64,000 nucleotides of DNA from Candidatus Moraniibacteriota bacterium (GCA_026396175.1 JAPLXG010000008.1:659-64658), one strand, 5' to 3'. Shown: positions 27,290-37,432, counted from the stretch's first letter. The notes: generated by a model not told the origin, from the letters alone. Numbers and translations are program-made.

Positions 27290-29863
27290 CTACGGCCCCG
27301 CCGGAATATTCGTGCTCACAGAAGTGCTTTTTGAATCGGAGTTGCCATTGTTATCCGTCGCGTCCACTTTTATATCTAAGCTAGAATTATATTTGCCGCT
27401 TGGAACATCATAGCTTGCGCTAAAAGAGTCGCTGCTACTGGAAGAGATAGAATTTCCATCAACACTAATGGTGGCTTTCTTGACGCCATAGGGAGCGGAA
27501 ATTTTAACAGAAATGCTAAAAGAAGAAGATGTGACCGGATCTCCGCCAGAATGAGAAATACTATCGATGCTGATTTGGTATTTGGAAAAATCTTTTGCTT
27601 GGCATTTATCAGTTGGGGCGCCATCAGTAGAAAAGCCGTTATCTTTCAGCCAGCTTTTCACGCCCGCTTCCCAGTTTTTAAACTGCGGATCGTTCTCGGG
27701 GTTTTTTGGCGGATCGCCACGAACATCATCCTTATTAACATAATATAAAATATCGTGCGTATCAGAAAAATTCTTTTTCTTGGCTTTACTGTCAGGACAG
27801 GCATCGCTGGCCAGGCAATATTGGTTATTTTTCCCTGGGATTTCGCAAACCTTGAGTTCTTGCTTCATCTCCAATTTTCCATTCAAGACATCTTTGCCCG
27901 CGTCTTCCGGCTCATATTTGGGAAAATCTTCTTTGTTGGTATTTTTTAGCGCTTCGTTCATAAAAGCACGCCAAATCGGAGCGGCGACAAAAATTCCGTC
28001 CGCGCCTTGTTTCATTGTGGAATGGTCATTATTTCCCGCCCAAACCCCGACGGCGAGCGATGGAGTGTAACCCATTGTCCAACCATCACGCCACTCATTG
28101 GTTGTGCCGGTTTTGGCGGCGACGGCGCGGTCATCAAAACTCAAAGGGTTTTTGTCGCCAAAAACTGGAGCGCGCAGACTATTGGTGGACATAATATAGT
28201 CAATCATAGCGACGTATTTTTCATCGATTACCTTATCTCCTTGGTTACTATTGTATTTTTCCAAGACAGTTCCTTTACTATCTTCAATGCGCAGAATCGC
28301 AGTTGTTGGGTGGTGAATTCCATCGGTCGCAAAGGTGGAAAAAGCATTGACATGATCTAGTAGCTTCACTTCGCCACCGCCCAAAACAAGAGATAATCCA
28401 TAGCGGGTTGGATCAGTAAGTGTGGTGATGCCCATGCTTCGAGCAGTATTTATTGAATCTGTCACCCCGGCCAGATAGAGGGTTTTCACGGCAGGAACAT
28501 TGAGAGATCTGGCGAGAGCGTCTTTCATCTGCATTAGGCCAGAGTTTTTACCGTCATAATTTTTTGGATCATAAGGTGGTTGCTCGTCGGCGGTATTGAA
28601 ATTGGTGTCTGTATCCCAAATATTGGTTTCCGGCGTGAAGCCTTTTTCAAAAGCGGTGAGGTAGACATAGGGCTTGAAAGAAGAACCTGGTTGCAAAAGC
28701 GATACGGCGACATTCACATTGGGCTCAAAGACACAATTTTTCCCCGAGATGCAACCAGCTGGTTCACTTGGGGCGAAATAGTCTTTGCTACCAACCATTG
28801 CCAAAACTTGTCCGGTTTTCGGATCCATCGCAACGAGACCGGCATTCGCCGCTTTATAGGTAGCAGTGTTTTTTGTTGCACCGTCTTTTACCACTTTTTC
28901 TGCCAGCTGTTGCTTGTCCCAATCCAGTGTGGTGTAGACCTTGAGTCCGCCTTGTTCCACGGCTTGGTCGCCATATTTTTGTTGCAAATAGTCTTTGATA
29001 TACATCACAAAATGGGGCGCGGCAATAATGTCCTTTTGTGGTTTTATTTTGTCGAGAGTTGCGGTATTGATCGCTTCATTGGCCTGATCTTGAGTAATAT
29101 AGCCTAAGCGTGCCATAGTTTTCAGGGCATAATCTTTGCGACCAATGAGAGCATCCGTGTGGGAGCCATAGGGCGAATAATAGGTAGTTGCCTGCGGAAG
29201 AGAGGCAATAACCGCGGATTCATCAAGCGTGAGATCTTTGGCGGATTTGCCAAAAAATGTTTGTGCCGCCGCTTCAATACCATAGGCGTTGGAGCCGTAG
29301 GGAATCTCATTGAGGTACATCGCTAAAATGTCATCTTTGGAAAATTTTGTTTCCAATTCCAGAGAAAGGATTACCTCTTTGACTTTTCTGATTAGTGTTT
29401 TTTCGTTGGAAAGCAGGGAATTTTTGACAAATTGTTGCGTTATTGTCGATCCGCCCTGGGCTTTTCCAAGATGGATAATATCGGCCAGCATCGAGCGAAC
29501 AATCGAAGTGAATTTAATGCCGTGGTGGCTATAGAAGTCCTGATCTTCCAGGCTGATGGTGGCATATTTCAAAACGTCCGGCATTTGGGAAAAGGCAATC
29601 TGTGTTCTTTTTTCTTCGCCGTGGACGTCATAGAGCAAATGCGTGCCGGTGCGGTCATAAATTTTAGTTGATTCGGCAATGAAGCGATTGTTGATTTTGC
29701 CTGGATCGGGCAGATCTTTGAAAAAATAGGCAAAAACGCCGATTGTGGCTAAAACCAGCACGGCAACAATGATACCAAAGATTTTAAAAAGCTTTTTCCA
29801 GGGAATATTAAACCTTTTTCGCTTCCTTGGGTCTAAATCATCGGGTGAGAAAATATTGCGCAT
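27290..29863 (-). CDS. Class A penicillin-binding protein (PBP1A) with C-terminal Ig-like domain
   Basis: EDQDFYSHHG, QGGSTITQQFVKN, PGSSFKP (SxxK), SLN, KTGT. Confidence 0.96.
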   Translation of the reverse strand: MRNIFSPDDLDPRKRKRFNIPWKKLFKIFGIIVAVLVLATIGVFAYFFKDLPDPGKINNRFIAESTKIYDRTGTHLLYDVHGEEKRTQIAFSQMPDVLKYATISLEDQDFYSHHGIKFTSIVRSMLADIIHLGKAQGGSTITQQFVKNSLLSNEKTLIRKVKEVILSLELETKFSKDDILAMYLNEIPYGSNAYGIEAAAQTFFGKSAKDLTLDESAVIASLPQATTYYSPYGSHTDALIGRKDYALKTMARLGYITQDQANEAINTATLDKIKPQKDIIAAPHFVMYIKDYLQQKYGDQAVEQGGLKVYTTLDWDKQQLAEKVVKDGATKNTATYKAANAGLVAMDPKTGQVLAMVGSKDYFAPSEPAGCISGKNCVFEPNVNVAVSLLQPGSSFKPYVYLTAFEKGFTPETNIWDTDTNFNTADEQPPYDPKNYDGKNSGLMQMKDALARSLNVPAVKTLYLAGVTDSINTARSMGITTLTDPTRYGLSLVLGGGEVKLLDHVNAFSTFATDGIHHPTTAILRIEDSKGTVLEKYNSNQGDKVIDEKYVAMIDYIMSTNSLRAPVFGDKNPLSFDDRAVAAKTGTTNEWRDGWTMGYTPSLAVGVWAGNNDHSTMKQGADGIFVAAPIWRAFMNEALKNTNKEDFPKYEPEDAGKDVLNGKLEMKQELKVCEIPGKNNQYCLASDACPDSKAKKKNFSDTHDILYYVNKDDVRGDPPKNPENDPQFKNWEAGVKSWLKDNGFSTDGAPTDKCQAKDFSKYQISIDSISHSGGDPVTSSSFSISVKISAPYGVKKATISVDGNSISSSSSDSFSASYDVPSGKYNSSLDIKVDATDNNGNSDSKSTSVSTNIPAGP

Positions 29864-29948
29864 AAGTTGAATTTAAACGAAGTTAGTCGCTTATAGTTTA
29901 GTCTAAATTGGGGGAAATATCAAGGCGTTGTTTTGCTGTGAGCAATTT

Positions 29949-30902
29949 CTAGCTTTGCAACTTTTTTTTGAAAATGTCAAGTAATTCTTGATACATTTCT
30001 AGCATATGGGGTTTTTCTTCGGGAGTGAAAAATAAGCCTGGCATCGAGTTGAGCTCGACGATCCAGGGCTTTTTGTTTTCATCAAACATCAGATCAATCG
30101 AATATACGCGCGGCTCAAAAGTGGTGAAAACTTCATTGGCATAGGCGATAATCGGTCGCAGAGATTTGGGCAGTTTTTCTTTTGGGACGATAATGAGTGA
30201 TCCACCCTGAGCAAGGTTAGCCAGAAGGCTGCCTTCTCTTGGTTCTCGAATGTAGGAATAGATTAGTTTGTTATTAATAAAAACTAATCGTAAGTCATGC
30301 ATTTTTTTGCTCACTCCGGGCACGCCGCAGGATGAGTCGATAAACTCCTGGGCGATATTTTCTTTCTCAATTTTAATTTTGCTAGCATTTTTCTTGTCAA
30401 TAATTTGCACATCTTTCCCGCCACTTTCGCTAAGCGGCTTTAGGACGATTTTGGAAGATTTTATTTTTGGCAAAATATTTTTCAACTCACACGAGTTTTT
30501 TATGAGCCAACTTTTTTTCGACCACTTAGCAAAAATTAAACTGGTGGTGAATTTATCATCAACAAGCCGAGTAAAGTTCAAATCATTAATGAATTGATAT
30601 TTAGCACTAATCAATTCTTTTTTATGATAAACCTCCAAACGCGCTTTAGTTTTGTCATAGATCAAATCAGGCTGGATATTTTTAACTTTTTTCCAGTTGC
30701 CACCTTCGCCCTCATAGATCCAGGCGTATTTGAAAAGGTGCTTTTCATAATCATACCACTCGTAGGACGCGCGATACATTTGAATTTCATTTTTTTTGCA
30801 AAGCGAATAAAAATATTCATAGGAATATTGGTAGTCTTTATTGGAAAATGGCTTGGCTTTTTTCCAGTCGCTTTTACCAAAAAGAATCATCACTTTTTTC
30901 AT
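29949..30902 (-). CDS. ATP-grasp ligase (RimK/GshB-like)
   Basis: VLKPLSESGGKDV, QEFI, HDLR, ANLAQGG, IVELNSMPG. Confidence 0.85.
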   Translation of the reverse strand: MKKVMILFGKSDWKKAKPFSNKDYQYSYEYFYSLCKKNEIQMYRASYEWYDYEKHLFKYAWIYEGEGGNWKKVKNIQPDLIYDKTKARLEVYHKKELISAKYQFINDLNFTRLVDDKFTTSLIFAKWSKKSWLIKNSCELKNILPKIKSSKIVLKPLSESGGKDVQIIDKKNASKIKIEKENIAQEFIDSSCGVPGVSKKMHDLRLVFINNKLIYSYIREPREGSLLANLAQGGSLIIVPKEKLPKSLRPIIAYANEVFTTFEPRVYSIDLMFDENKKPWIVELNSMPGLFFTPEEKPHMLEMYQELLDIFKKKLQS

Positions 30903-30931
30903 AGTAGTTTTAATAAATATAAATTTAGATT

Positions 30932-31888
30932 TTAGGCAATCAAAAGATTTACCAATTCCTTCGCGATATTTATTTTCGGATAAGTTTTTTCGAAACCTTC
31001 AAATGAAGCAAAGATATTTAGTTCTATGATCAGATAGTCATCTTTTGTTTTGAGCAGATCTATGCCAACATAATCCAAGTCTAATTTTCTGGCCACTTTT
31101 TCTGAAAAGCGTTCCATTTTTTTGTCTGCGTATTTTTTAATTTTTCCTCCCAACGAGTAGTTATTTTTCCACTCACCATTTTGCGCAGTTCTCTTCATAA
31201 TGCCCATTGATTTTCCTCCAATAACAAGAATGCGGAAATCCCCTTGGTTTTTAATGAAGGGCTGAAAGACTAAGTTATCCGCCCTTTTTGTTTCTAATAG
31301 TTTGCGTAAATCGGGGAGCGTGCTAATTTTCCAAACTTGCTCTCCCATGCTTCCGTCGCTTTGTTTTACGACAATAGGTAGCTTTATGTCGAAGTTTTCA
31401 AGGCTTTCGCAAATATGCTCAAATTTATTGTCAGTAAAATGAAGGGTTGGGATGGCTGAGAGATTTTTTTCAAAATAGGCTTGCGAAAGAGTAAATTTAT
31501 TATAGTGAGGATGGCTTAGGATGAAGTTTCGGTTAATCACCTTAATGTTGAATTTACGACATTGATCAAATAAAAGAAATAATTCATTAGACAGGTTGAA
31601 AGAAAATTGCTGGTTCTTTTTGCGCAGAATAACTTCATAGCGAGGAATATCAAAAAAAACGGCGCAAAATTTTTTCAAATTGATCTTTTTGTCAGCTGAA
31701 AACAATTCACCATTTTTAAAAACGAGCGATTTCCAGCGAATAAATTCATAGGGGCAATTTATTTTTTTCAACTGGTCAATTGCCCTATCTGTTCTGTGGG
31801 ATGATTCTTTCACGGAAATAATAAGCACTTTTTTCATAAAATAATCATAGCAGCCGTTAAAATTTATTTTACCACCATACGTTAGCAA
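30932..31888 (-). CDS. RimK-like ATP-grasp ligase (start may be 31837)
   Basis: PIVVKQSDGSMGEQV, QPFI, DFRILVIG, WKNNYSLGG, GIDL, ELN. Confidence 0.88.
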   Translation of the reverse strand: MLTYGGKINFNGCYDYFMKKVLIISVKESSHRTDRAIDQLKKINCPYEFIRWKSLVFKNGELFSADKKINLKKFCAVFFDIPRYEVILRKKNQQFSFNLSNELFLLFDQCRKFNIKVINRNFILSHPHYNKFTLSQAYFEKNLSAIPTLHFTDNKFEHICESLENFDIKLPIVVKQSDGSMGEQVWKISTLPDLRKLLETKRADNLVFQPFIKNQGDFRILVIGGKSMGIMKRTAQNGEWKNNYSLGGKIKKYADKKMERFSEKVARKLDLDYVGIDLLKTKDDYLIIELNIFASFEGFEKTYPKINIAKELVNLLIA

Positions 31889-32868
31889 GCTTCTTTTTTA
31901 GAGAGGTTGCTTTTTTGCGTAGTGCTGAGTTTTAGGATGAAATTTATAATATCCTTAATAACATTTCTCGATTTTCCAAAAGTAGGGTTGTAATGGATGT
32001 AGATATCCGGTTTTCCATTTATCTCTAGAATTCCGAATATTTGTTCTTTTGGGTCGATTGAAATATCTTCGCAAATTATATCAATACCGGCCAGATAATC
32101 ACCAATCGCATCAGTGGCTTTAGCGCAAATGGAAACAATTTTTTTATTAACCAACTCTGTGACGTCGCGAGTTTCTCCACCTTCAGCTAAAGAGGAACTC
32201 TTTTTGATGGAAGCGATTTCTCCAGCATTTAAAATATGCTCAAGGGAAAACCCTTGTTCTTTGAGTATTTTTTCTAGCACTGAATCGATCGGAGTTTTTC
32301 GGTGCGTGCTTGTTTGTTTTTCTTCGATAAGTTTTTTAATGGTGGACACGCCGTCCCCGAAAACTCTGGGCGGGATCATTTCGAGGGCGCCAATGACCCG
32401 ATTATCCAGCATAAGCACGCGATATTCTTTGCCAAAAATCATTTCTTGAGCGATGAGAGACCGGAAATTGGAAATTTCTTCCGTTAATATCGCTACCGCC
32501 TCCTCGGGGGTTTTGATGTAGGGAAAGATTCCCTGACTATTGGAACCGGAAGAATCCTTGATGATTATGGGGTATTTAAGGCTAAAAAGCTTAGTAGTTG
32601 CATCCGCTATTTCGAAATTTTTTCTAAAGAAAAAAACTGTTTCAGGTGTTGGCAAAAAACGTCGCCTAAGCAGTGTATAAGTCAGATCTTTATGTGTTGT
32701 TGCTCCGGCGATGCTGATAAAGTTTTTGGCAATTCTGAATTTTCTCGTTATGAGAAAAACCTTTCCGCCGACGTGGATGTTATAGCAACCTCGTTCAGGA
32801 ATGACTTCTTCAAACGTTCCTCCCATTTCTTCAACGACCTTCTTGATCAGCGGCGGGTTTTTTATCAT
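31882..32868 (-). CDS. Cyanophycin-synthetase/GshF-type ATP-grasp domain protein
   Basis: YPIIIKDSSGSNSQGI, GKEYRV, PPRVFGDGVSTIKKLI, GIDII, LEINGKP. Confidence 0.85.
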   Translation of the reverse strand: MIKNPPLIKKVVEEMGGTFEEVIPERGCYNIHVGGKVFLITRKFRIAKNFISIAGATTHKDLTYTLLRRRFLPTPETVFFFRKNFEIADATTKLFSLKYPIIIKDSSGSNSQGIFPYIKTPEEAVAILTEEISNFRSLIAQEMIFGKEYRVLMLDNRVIGALEMIPPRVFGDGVSTIKKLIEEKQTSTHRKTPIDSVLEKILKEQGFSLEHILNAGEIASIKKSSSLAEGGETRDVTELVNKKIVSICAKATDAIGDYLAGIDIICEDISIDPKEQIFGILEINGKPDIYIHYNPTFGKSRNVIKDIINFILKLSTTQKSNLSKKEAC

Positions 32869-34263
32869 TTATTTACTTGAATCAATTAAAAATTTCTTCA
32901 AATTTACTTTTCCGATAATCATTGAGTACTGCATATGCGAACGGTCAATCAGCGTTATTTTTGTGGAAGTGGTCACATTGTCCATAATAAATTCGACGTT
33001 AATCATCGGGCGGTAAGTGTAGCCATTAGAAGATTTGACCGGGATGGTGGATGCAATATCAGGAATATTTTTATATATCGCCCAGCGCTTTTCTTTGTCT
33101 AAATTTTTCAAGTCTTCATAGGGCATTTTCAGTTTTTCAAACTCATCGATAGTTTGGGTGAAGCCTAGCTGTTTTGCCAGCTCATTATCGATCGATGACC
33201 AGTCAGCGCCGGTGTCAATCTTGGCTTCCACCTCAATTTCTTTGCCATCTTTTCCAATCAATTTTACTTTTTCCACTGTGCCGATCACTTTCTTTCCGGA
33301 AATTTCTTCCAGCTCTTCTTCGATTTCTCCGCCAAAAAGATCCATTCCCACGCGGATACCTTTTTTAATTGTTTTGATCTTGATGCCAGCCGCTTTTTTC
33401 AGGCGCCATTTCAATCCATCAAGGTTGGCGACTTGGATAGCCAGACCCGGGCGGGCATTTAGTTCTAAAATTACCGGCCCACGTTCTTTATCAATTGCAA
33501 TGTCCACACCAAGAAAACCCAAGCCGGAAATTTCTTGCGAGCGCACAGCCAAGTTTAAAATATCCATCCAATAGGGGATTTTAATTCCCGAAAGCAAAAG
33601 TCTTGTGCCGGGAAGATATTCAATAATTTTTTGCTTGCCCGCAACGGCTGTCGTGGTGACCCCAGAAGCCAAGTCGATGCCGACCCCAATTGCGCCTTGC
33701 GCGAGGTTAGCTTTTCCATGGGATTCTTTGGTTGGCAGGCGCAGCATGGCCATAATGGGCATTTTATTAAAAACAATAATCCGGATGTCGGGAATACCTT
33801 TGAAGGCATAGGGTTTAAAAAGTTTCAAAAGTTTCAGGCGTTCTTCAAAAAAAGCCGTGTCGGGAATGCCAGACAAGGAATAGGACCCGTCCAAAATATT
33901 TCGTGTGTGATTTTTGAGGTCATCAATCGTCACGATTGACCCATCGGCCTTTATCCAGGCGTCAGCTCTATTCTTCTTGCGTCCATAGATAACAATAATG
34001 CCTTCACCACCAAAGCCGCGATTAGGTTTCAGAACAAAGCTATCGGGCAGTTTTTGCCAATCAAAATTATCCAAATCTTCTAGGGTTTTGATTTGGGAAA
34101 TGAGGGCGGGAACTGCGATGTCGTTTTTCTTGAGGATTCTTTTGCTAAGAAGTTTGTTGTCAGCAAGGCGCTTAGCGGAAGTGCGATTAAGTGGTCGGAT
34201 GTACTCCAAATTGCGGGAATTCATTCCGAGAACGCCACGACTTTTTTTAATAAATTCAAACAT
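32869..34263 (-). CDS. Alpha-L-glutamate-ligase-like ATP-grasp fused to a RimB-type aspartyl-like protease domain
   Basis: VLGMNSRN, AMLRLPT..S.GKANL.QGA.GVGID, LELNARPGLAIQ.AN; C-terminal AKIDTGADWSSID...DRSHM.Y.MIIG. Confidence 0.9.
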   Translation of the reverse strand: MFEFIKKSRGVLGMNSRNLEYIRPLNRTSAKRLADNKLLSKRILKKNDIAVPALISQIKTLEDLDNFDWQKLPDSFVLKPNRGFGGEGIIVIYGRKKNRADAWIKADGSIVTIDDLKNHTRNILDGSYSLSGIPDTAFFEERLKLLKLFKPYAFKGIPDIRIIVFNKMPIMAMLRLPTKESHGKANLAQGAIGVGIDLASGVTTTAVAGKQKIIEYLPGTRLLLSGIKIPYWMDILNLAVRSQEISGLGFLGVDIAIDKERGPVILELNARPGLAIQVANLDGLKWRLKKAAGIKIKTIKKGIRVGMDLFGGEIEEELEEISGKKVIGTVEKVKLIGKDGKEIEVEAKIDTGADWSSIDNELAKQLGFTQTIDEFEKLKMPYEDLKNLDKEKRWAIYKNIPDIASTIPVKSSNGYTYRPMINVEFIMDNVTTSTKITLIDRSHMQYSMIIGKVNLKKFLIDSSK

Positions 34264-34271
34264 AAGGTTTA

Positions 34272-34394
34272 TCCCGCACTAACTTTGTGCTGGCACAACG
34301 TGCCAAGTAGCTTTTTATGATAGATAAATATTTTTTTCAACTTTTTTGTTTAGCGCCAGCAGTTGCTGATAAAAAGCACAAAGTTAGTGCGGGA
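34272..34394. repeat. 123-bp MITE-like element with perfect 20-bp terminal inverted repeats
   Basis: TCCCGCACTAACTTTGTGCT (34272-34291) / AGCACAAAGTTAGTGCGGGA (34375-34394). Confidence 0.75.
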
Positions 34395-34398
34395 CAAG

Positions 34399-35064
34399 TT
34401 AGTTTCTTTTGATAATCTCTCCGAAACGCAAATATTCACTGAAGCGCAATCCCGTCCATTTGCCTAAAATAATATTCATTGGGATTGTGAAGAGAATAGT
34501 CCAGGGATAGCTAGCGATAAATTGGATAAGCGCTTCCCAACTGGCAAGGTAAAATCCCAAAATAGAAATAATCAATGTTTCAGTGGCGAGAAGAATAGCG
34601 GCGCGGTCACCTTTTTCAATCTGCACCGCGATGAATTTTTCCACGAGCGTAATCATGATGAGGATCGGGAAGATTGACACCGAAGCGAGGCCGGTTCTTT
34701 TTAGGCTTCCGCCGATGACCAGCATAACGAGAATGGAAAGCGCAACGATTGTGAGCATAATGGCCACGCGGGGAAGGTAGAGCAGGCGAAAAGATTTAAG
34801 TGCGATTCTCATTAGCATCCCGATCAGGATAATCACCACAAAGATTACGATGCCATATTTGATGCCATTGGTTGCCAAAAAGGCAAAGGTAACGAGCAGT
34901 GGTGTGTAGATACCAAAAGCTTTGATTCCCACGACTTGTCGCAAAAAGGCGATTAGTGTCGCAATGATCGGAAGCATCAGAATTAACCTGATTGTTTCAA
35001 AAGGCACGCCTTCATTGAGAAAAAAAGTCAAGATGGGGCTGATGTGAAAATTGAGTTCGTTCAT
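34399..35064 (-). CDS. 7TM domain protein (transglutaminase-associated 7TM family)
   Basis: LMLPIIATLIAFLRQVVGIKAFGIYTP, SIFPILIMITLVEKF, GKWTGLRFSEYLRF. Confidence 0.88.
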   Translation of the reverse strand: MNELNFHISPILTFFLNEGVPFETIRLILMLPIIATLIAFLRQVVGIKAFGIYTPLLVTFAFLATNGIKYGIVIFVVIILIGMLMRIALKSFRLLYLPRVAIMLTIVALSILVMLVIGGSLKRTGLASVSIFPILIMITLVEKFIAVQIEKGDRAAILLATETLIISILGFYLASWEALIQFIASYPWTILFTIPMNIILGKWTGLRFSEYLRFGEIIKRN

Positions 35065-35555
35065 TGTTTAAGTTTTAAGCTAATTATGGCGCGACTGTTA
35101 GCATGACACACGGCAATCGCCAGTGCGTCAGCCACATCATCAGGCTTCGGGATGCATTTCAAATGCAAAACACTTTTAATCATTTGCTGCATCTGTTTTT
35201 TTTCAGCTCGGCCATAGCCCGTGAGAGCTTGTTTGACTTGGAGCGGAGTGTAACTAAACACCTTAACATTATTTTGGCTTAGTGTCAAGAGAATTGCTCC
35301 GCGAGATTGTGCCACCTGGATGACGGTTTTTTGGTTTTTGAAGAAAAAAAGGCTTTCAATCGCCGCTTCCTGTGGTTTGTGTTTTTGGATTATTTTTGCC
35401 AAGTCGTCTGAAACCTCCAAAATCCGCGCGTCATCACTATTAACCTTCTCGGTGCTGATGTGGCCATAGGCCAAAGGCAGGAGTTTATCACCCTTAATTT
35501 CAATAATAGCCCAGCCAGTGGTGGCGGTGCCGGGGTCAATTCCAAGTATTTTCAT
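35061..35555 (-). CDS. ruvC: Holliday junction resolvase RuvC
   Basis: ILGIDPGTATTGW, AIESLFF, YTPLQVK, PDDVADALAIA. Confidence 0.97.
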   Translation of the reverse strand: MKILGIDPGTATTGWAIIEIKGDKLLPLAYGHISTEKVNSDDARILEVSDDLAKIIQKHKPQEAAIESLFFFKNQKTVIQVAQSRGAILLTLSQNNVKVFSYTPLQVKQALTGYGRAEKKQMQQMIKSVLHLKCIPKPDDVADALAIAVCHANSRAIISLKLKQ

Positions 35556-35643
35556 GGTCTACAAATTACGAATTAATACTACAAACATACAAATGTACAA
35601 ACAACACAGGACTTGCGCGTTTGTCTAGAAAGTAACCAAACCA

Positions 35644-35804
35644 TGTCATCCTGAGCGTATCCACCATCTGCCAGTGACAGATGTGGACGGAGTCGAAGGA
35701 TCTGCGTTCTATTTTTGGGAGCTTTTTATGATTAAGTAAAGCTTTGGGTTGTGGCAAGTAGATCCTTCGACTACGTCCGAGTACGGACTTCGCTCAGGAT
35801 GACA
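35644..35804. repeat. TGTCATCCTGAGC...GCTCAGGATGACA inverted REP-like pair with nested hairpins
   Basis: Same family as 40869-41009 and 55126-55291. Confidence 0.88.
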
Positions 35805-35830
35805 TGATTTTTAGGCGCGTAAGTTCTGAA

Positions 35831-36547
35831 TTAGCCAATATTGTTATAAATCTCACTCACATCCTCATGGTCATCCAGAAGTTCCATGAGATTTTCGTAG
35901 CTTTCACGGGTTTTGTCGTCAACCGTGATGGTGGTTTTGGGCAGATAAATCAGGCCCGAATCAAGTATTTTAAGGTTAACTTTGGCAATATTTTCTCGCA
36001 CGCGAGCAAAATCTTTCTGATCAGTAATGATATTTAATAAATCATCTTCCAGGAACACATCGCGCGCCCCAGCTTCAATGGCTTGCATTTCCAATTCATC
36101 GGCGTCTTTATTTTCCAGATCAATGCTAATACTTCCGACTCGTTCAAAATTCCACATTGCCGAGCCTTTTTCTCCCAGCTTCGAATTATTTTTTGTGAGA
36201 ATGGTTTTTACTTCTGAAACCGTACGGTTTTTATTATCGGTCGTGCAAGAAATGAGCAGCATCAGTTCGCCCGGCCCAACCGCCTCATAGAGAATTTCTT
36301 CAATCAAAGCGCCCTTAATTTCACCCGTTCCGCGCTTGATGGCTCGCTCGATGTTTTCTTTTGGCATATTCATCGCCCGCGCGCGGTCAACAGCCATCCT
36401 TAGTTGAAAGTTGGTATCAAGTTTTCCGCCACCATCCCGCGCGGCAATAGTAACAAGCTTTCCATATTTAGTGAAAATCTTACCTCTTTTGGCATCATTT
36501 ACGCCTTTTCGTTGTTTTATTCCCGCCCAATGTGAGTGTCCGGACAT
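35831..36547 (-). CDS. yebC: YebC/PmpR family protein
   Basis: True start MSGHSHWAGIK at 36547; MPKENIERAIKRG, TDNKNRT; adjacent to ruvC. Confidence 0.95.
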   Translation of the reverse strand: MSGHSHWAGIKQRKGVNDAKRGKIFTKYGKLVTIAARDGGGKLDTNFQLRMAVDRARAMNMPKENIERAIKRGTGEIKGALIEEILYEAVGPGELMLLISCTTDNKNRTVSEVKTILTKNNSKLGEKGSAMWNFERVGSISIDLENKDADELEMQAIEAGARDVFLEDDLLNIITDQKDFARVRENIAKVNLKILDSGLIYLPKTTITVDDKTRESYENLMELLDDHEDVSEIYNNIG

Positions 36548-36700
36548 AAGCTCATGAAGCATGAAACATATAGCATGCCTGCCTGCCGGCGAGGCAGGTA
36601 ACAAAATACGAGATACTAATTGTTTCGCGCTTTTTCGTTAACTTCCTTATAATTCAAGCGTAGCATTTTAAATGGGGAAATTCAAGGGAAAAATAGAAAT

Positions 36701-36730
36701 AAAAAAAGCCAGGGGTTGTCATTCCCTGGC
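36701..36730 (-). terminator. Rho-independent terminator
   Basis: GCCAGGG...CCCTGGC hairpin followed by a T run on the minus strand. Confidence 0.8.
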
Positions 36731-36857
36731 GGTGAGTCGTGCGACCCTTGCTGGCGCTACAGCAAAGGCGATAGTGGACTAAGATAGGATCCGGGTCCTT
36801 TCCCTTTCCTTCTTATGGATACGGTGATCTCATACAACAAAACCAGGATAATGGTTG

Positions 36858-37136
36858 CTATGAGCGTAAAAATGATTCCGGTAATCCTGTTGTTATTTTG
36901 CAGGGTATTCCCTCCTGGAGGATGATGTGAACTAACCTCTGTTTAAATGGCCTTGTAATCGGGCGCTTGCCCGCGCTGTGTCGTTGAGACTCCGTAATGA
37001 TATGTGTATCATCGATCTCAACAATTTTATGGCAAGTTGCACCAAAATAAGGTGGCATAAAAATCATAATTCCACCATTTACCAGTGGTTGAATTTGTAC
37101 TTCTTTTCCAATTAAGGCCTTTAATGTGTAAATCAT
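36858..37136 (-). CDS. Orphan 92-aa protein
   Basis: SD AAGGGGGA before ATG 37136; followed by a structured trailer and terminator. Confidence 0.65.
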   Translation of the reverse strand: MIYTLKALIGKEVQIQPLVNGGIMIFMPPYFGATCHKIVEIDDTHIITESQRHSAGKRPITRPFKQRLVHIILQEGIPCKITTGLPESFLRS

Positions 37137-37153
37137 TTGTTCCCCCTTGAATT

Positions 37154-37432
37154 TTAAATTGTGATTTTCCATGGCTTTCCGACGCATTCAGCGCAGAGAA
37201 ATCGGCCGTCTAGTTTGTTTAGTACGGCCGTCTTAACAGAACTGCCAAGTCGTGACCAAATGCTGACCCTTTCCCTTTCTTTGTTGAAAAGTTTTTTGAC
37301 GGAGACAAAAGTCCATTTGCCAACGTTACCGCTGCATCTATAGCAAAGACTAGAATCAGATTTTTGCTCGAGTCGTATGCCTGCCTTAAAGTAGCGTCCA
37401 TCATAAGTAATATTAATTACGTTTTCTATCAT
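37154..37432 (-). CDS. Orphan 92-aa protein with CxxC...CxxC, possible Zn finger
   Basis: SD AAGGGAGG; CYRC and CAEC; promoter TTGACT-16-TATAGT at 37552-37525. Confidence 0.7.
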   Translation of the reverse strand: MIENVINITYDGRYFKAGIRLEQKSDSSLCYRCSGNVGKWTFVSVKKLFNKERERVSIWSRLGSSVKTAVLNKLDGRFLCAECVGKPWKITI

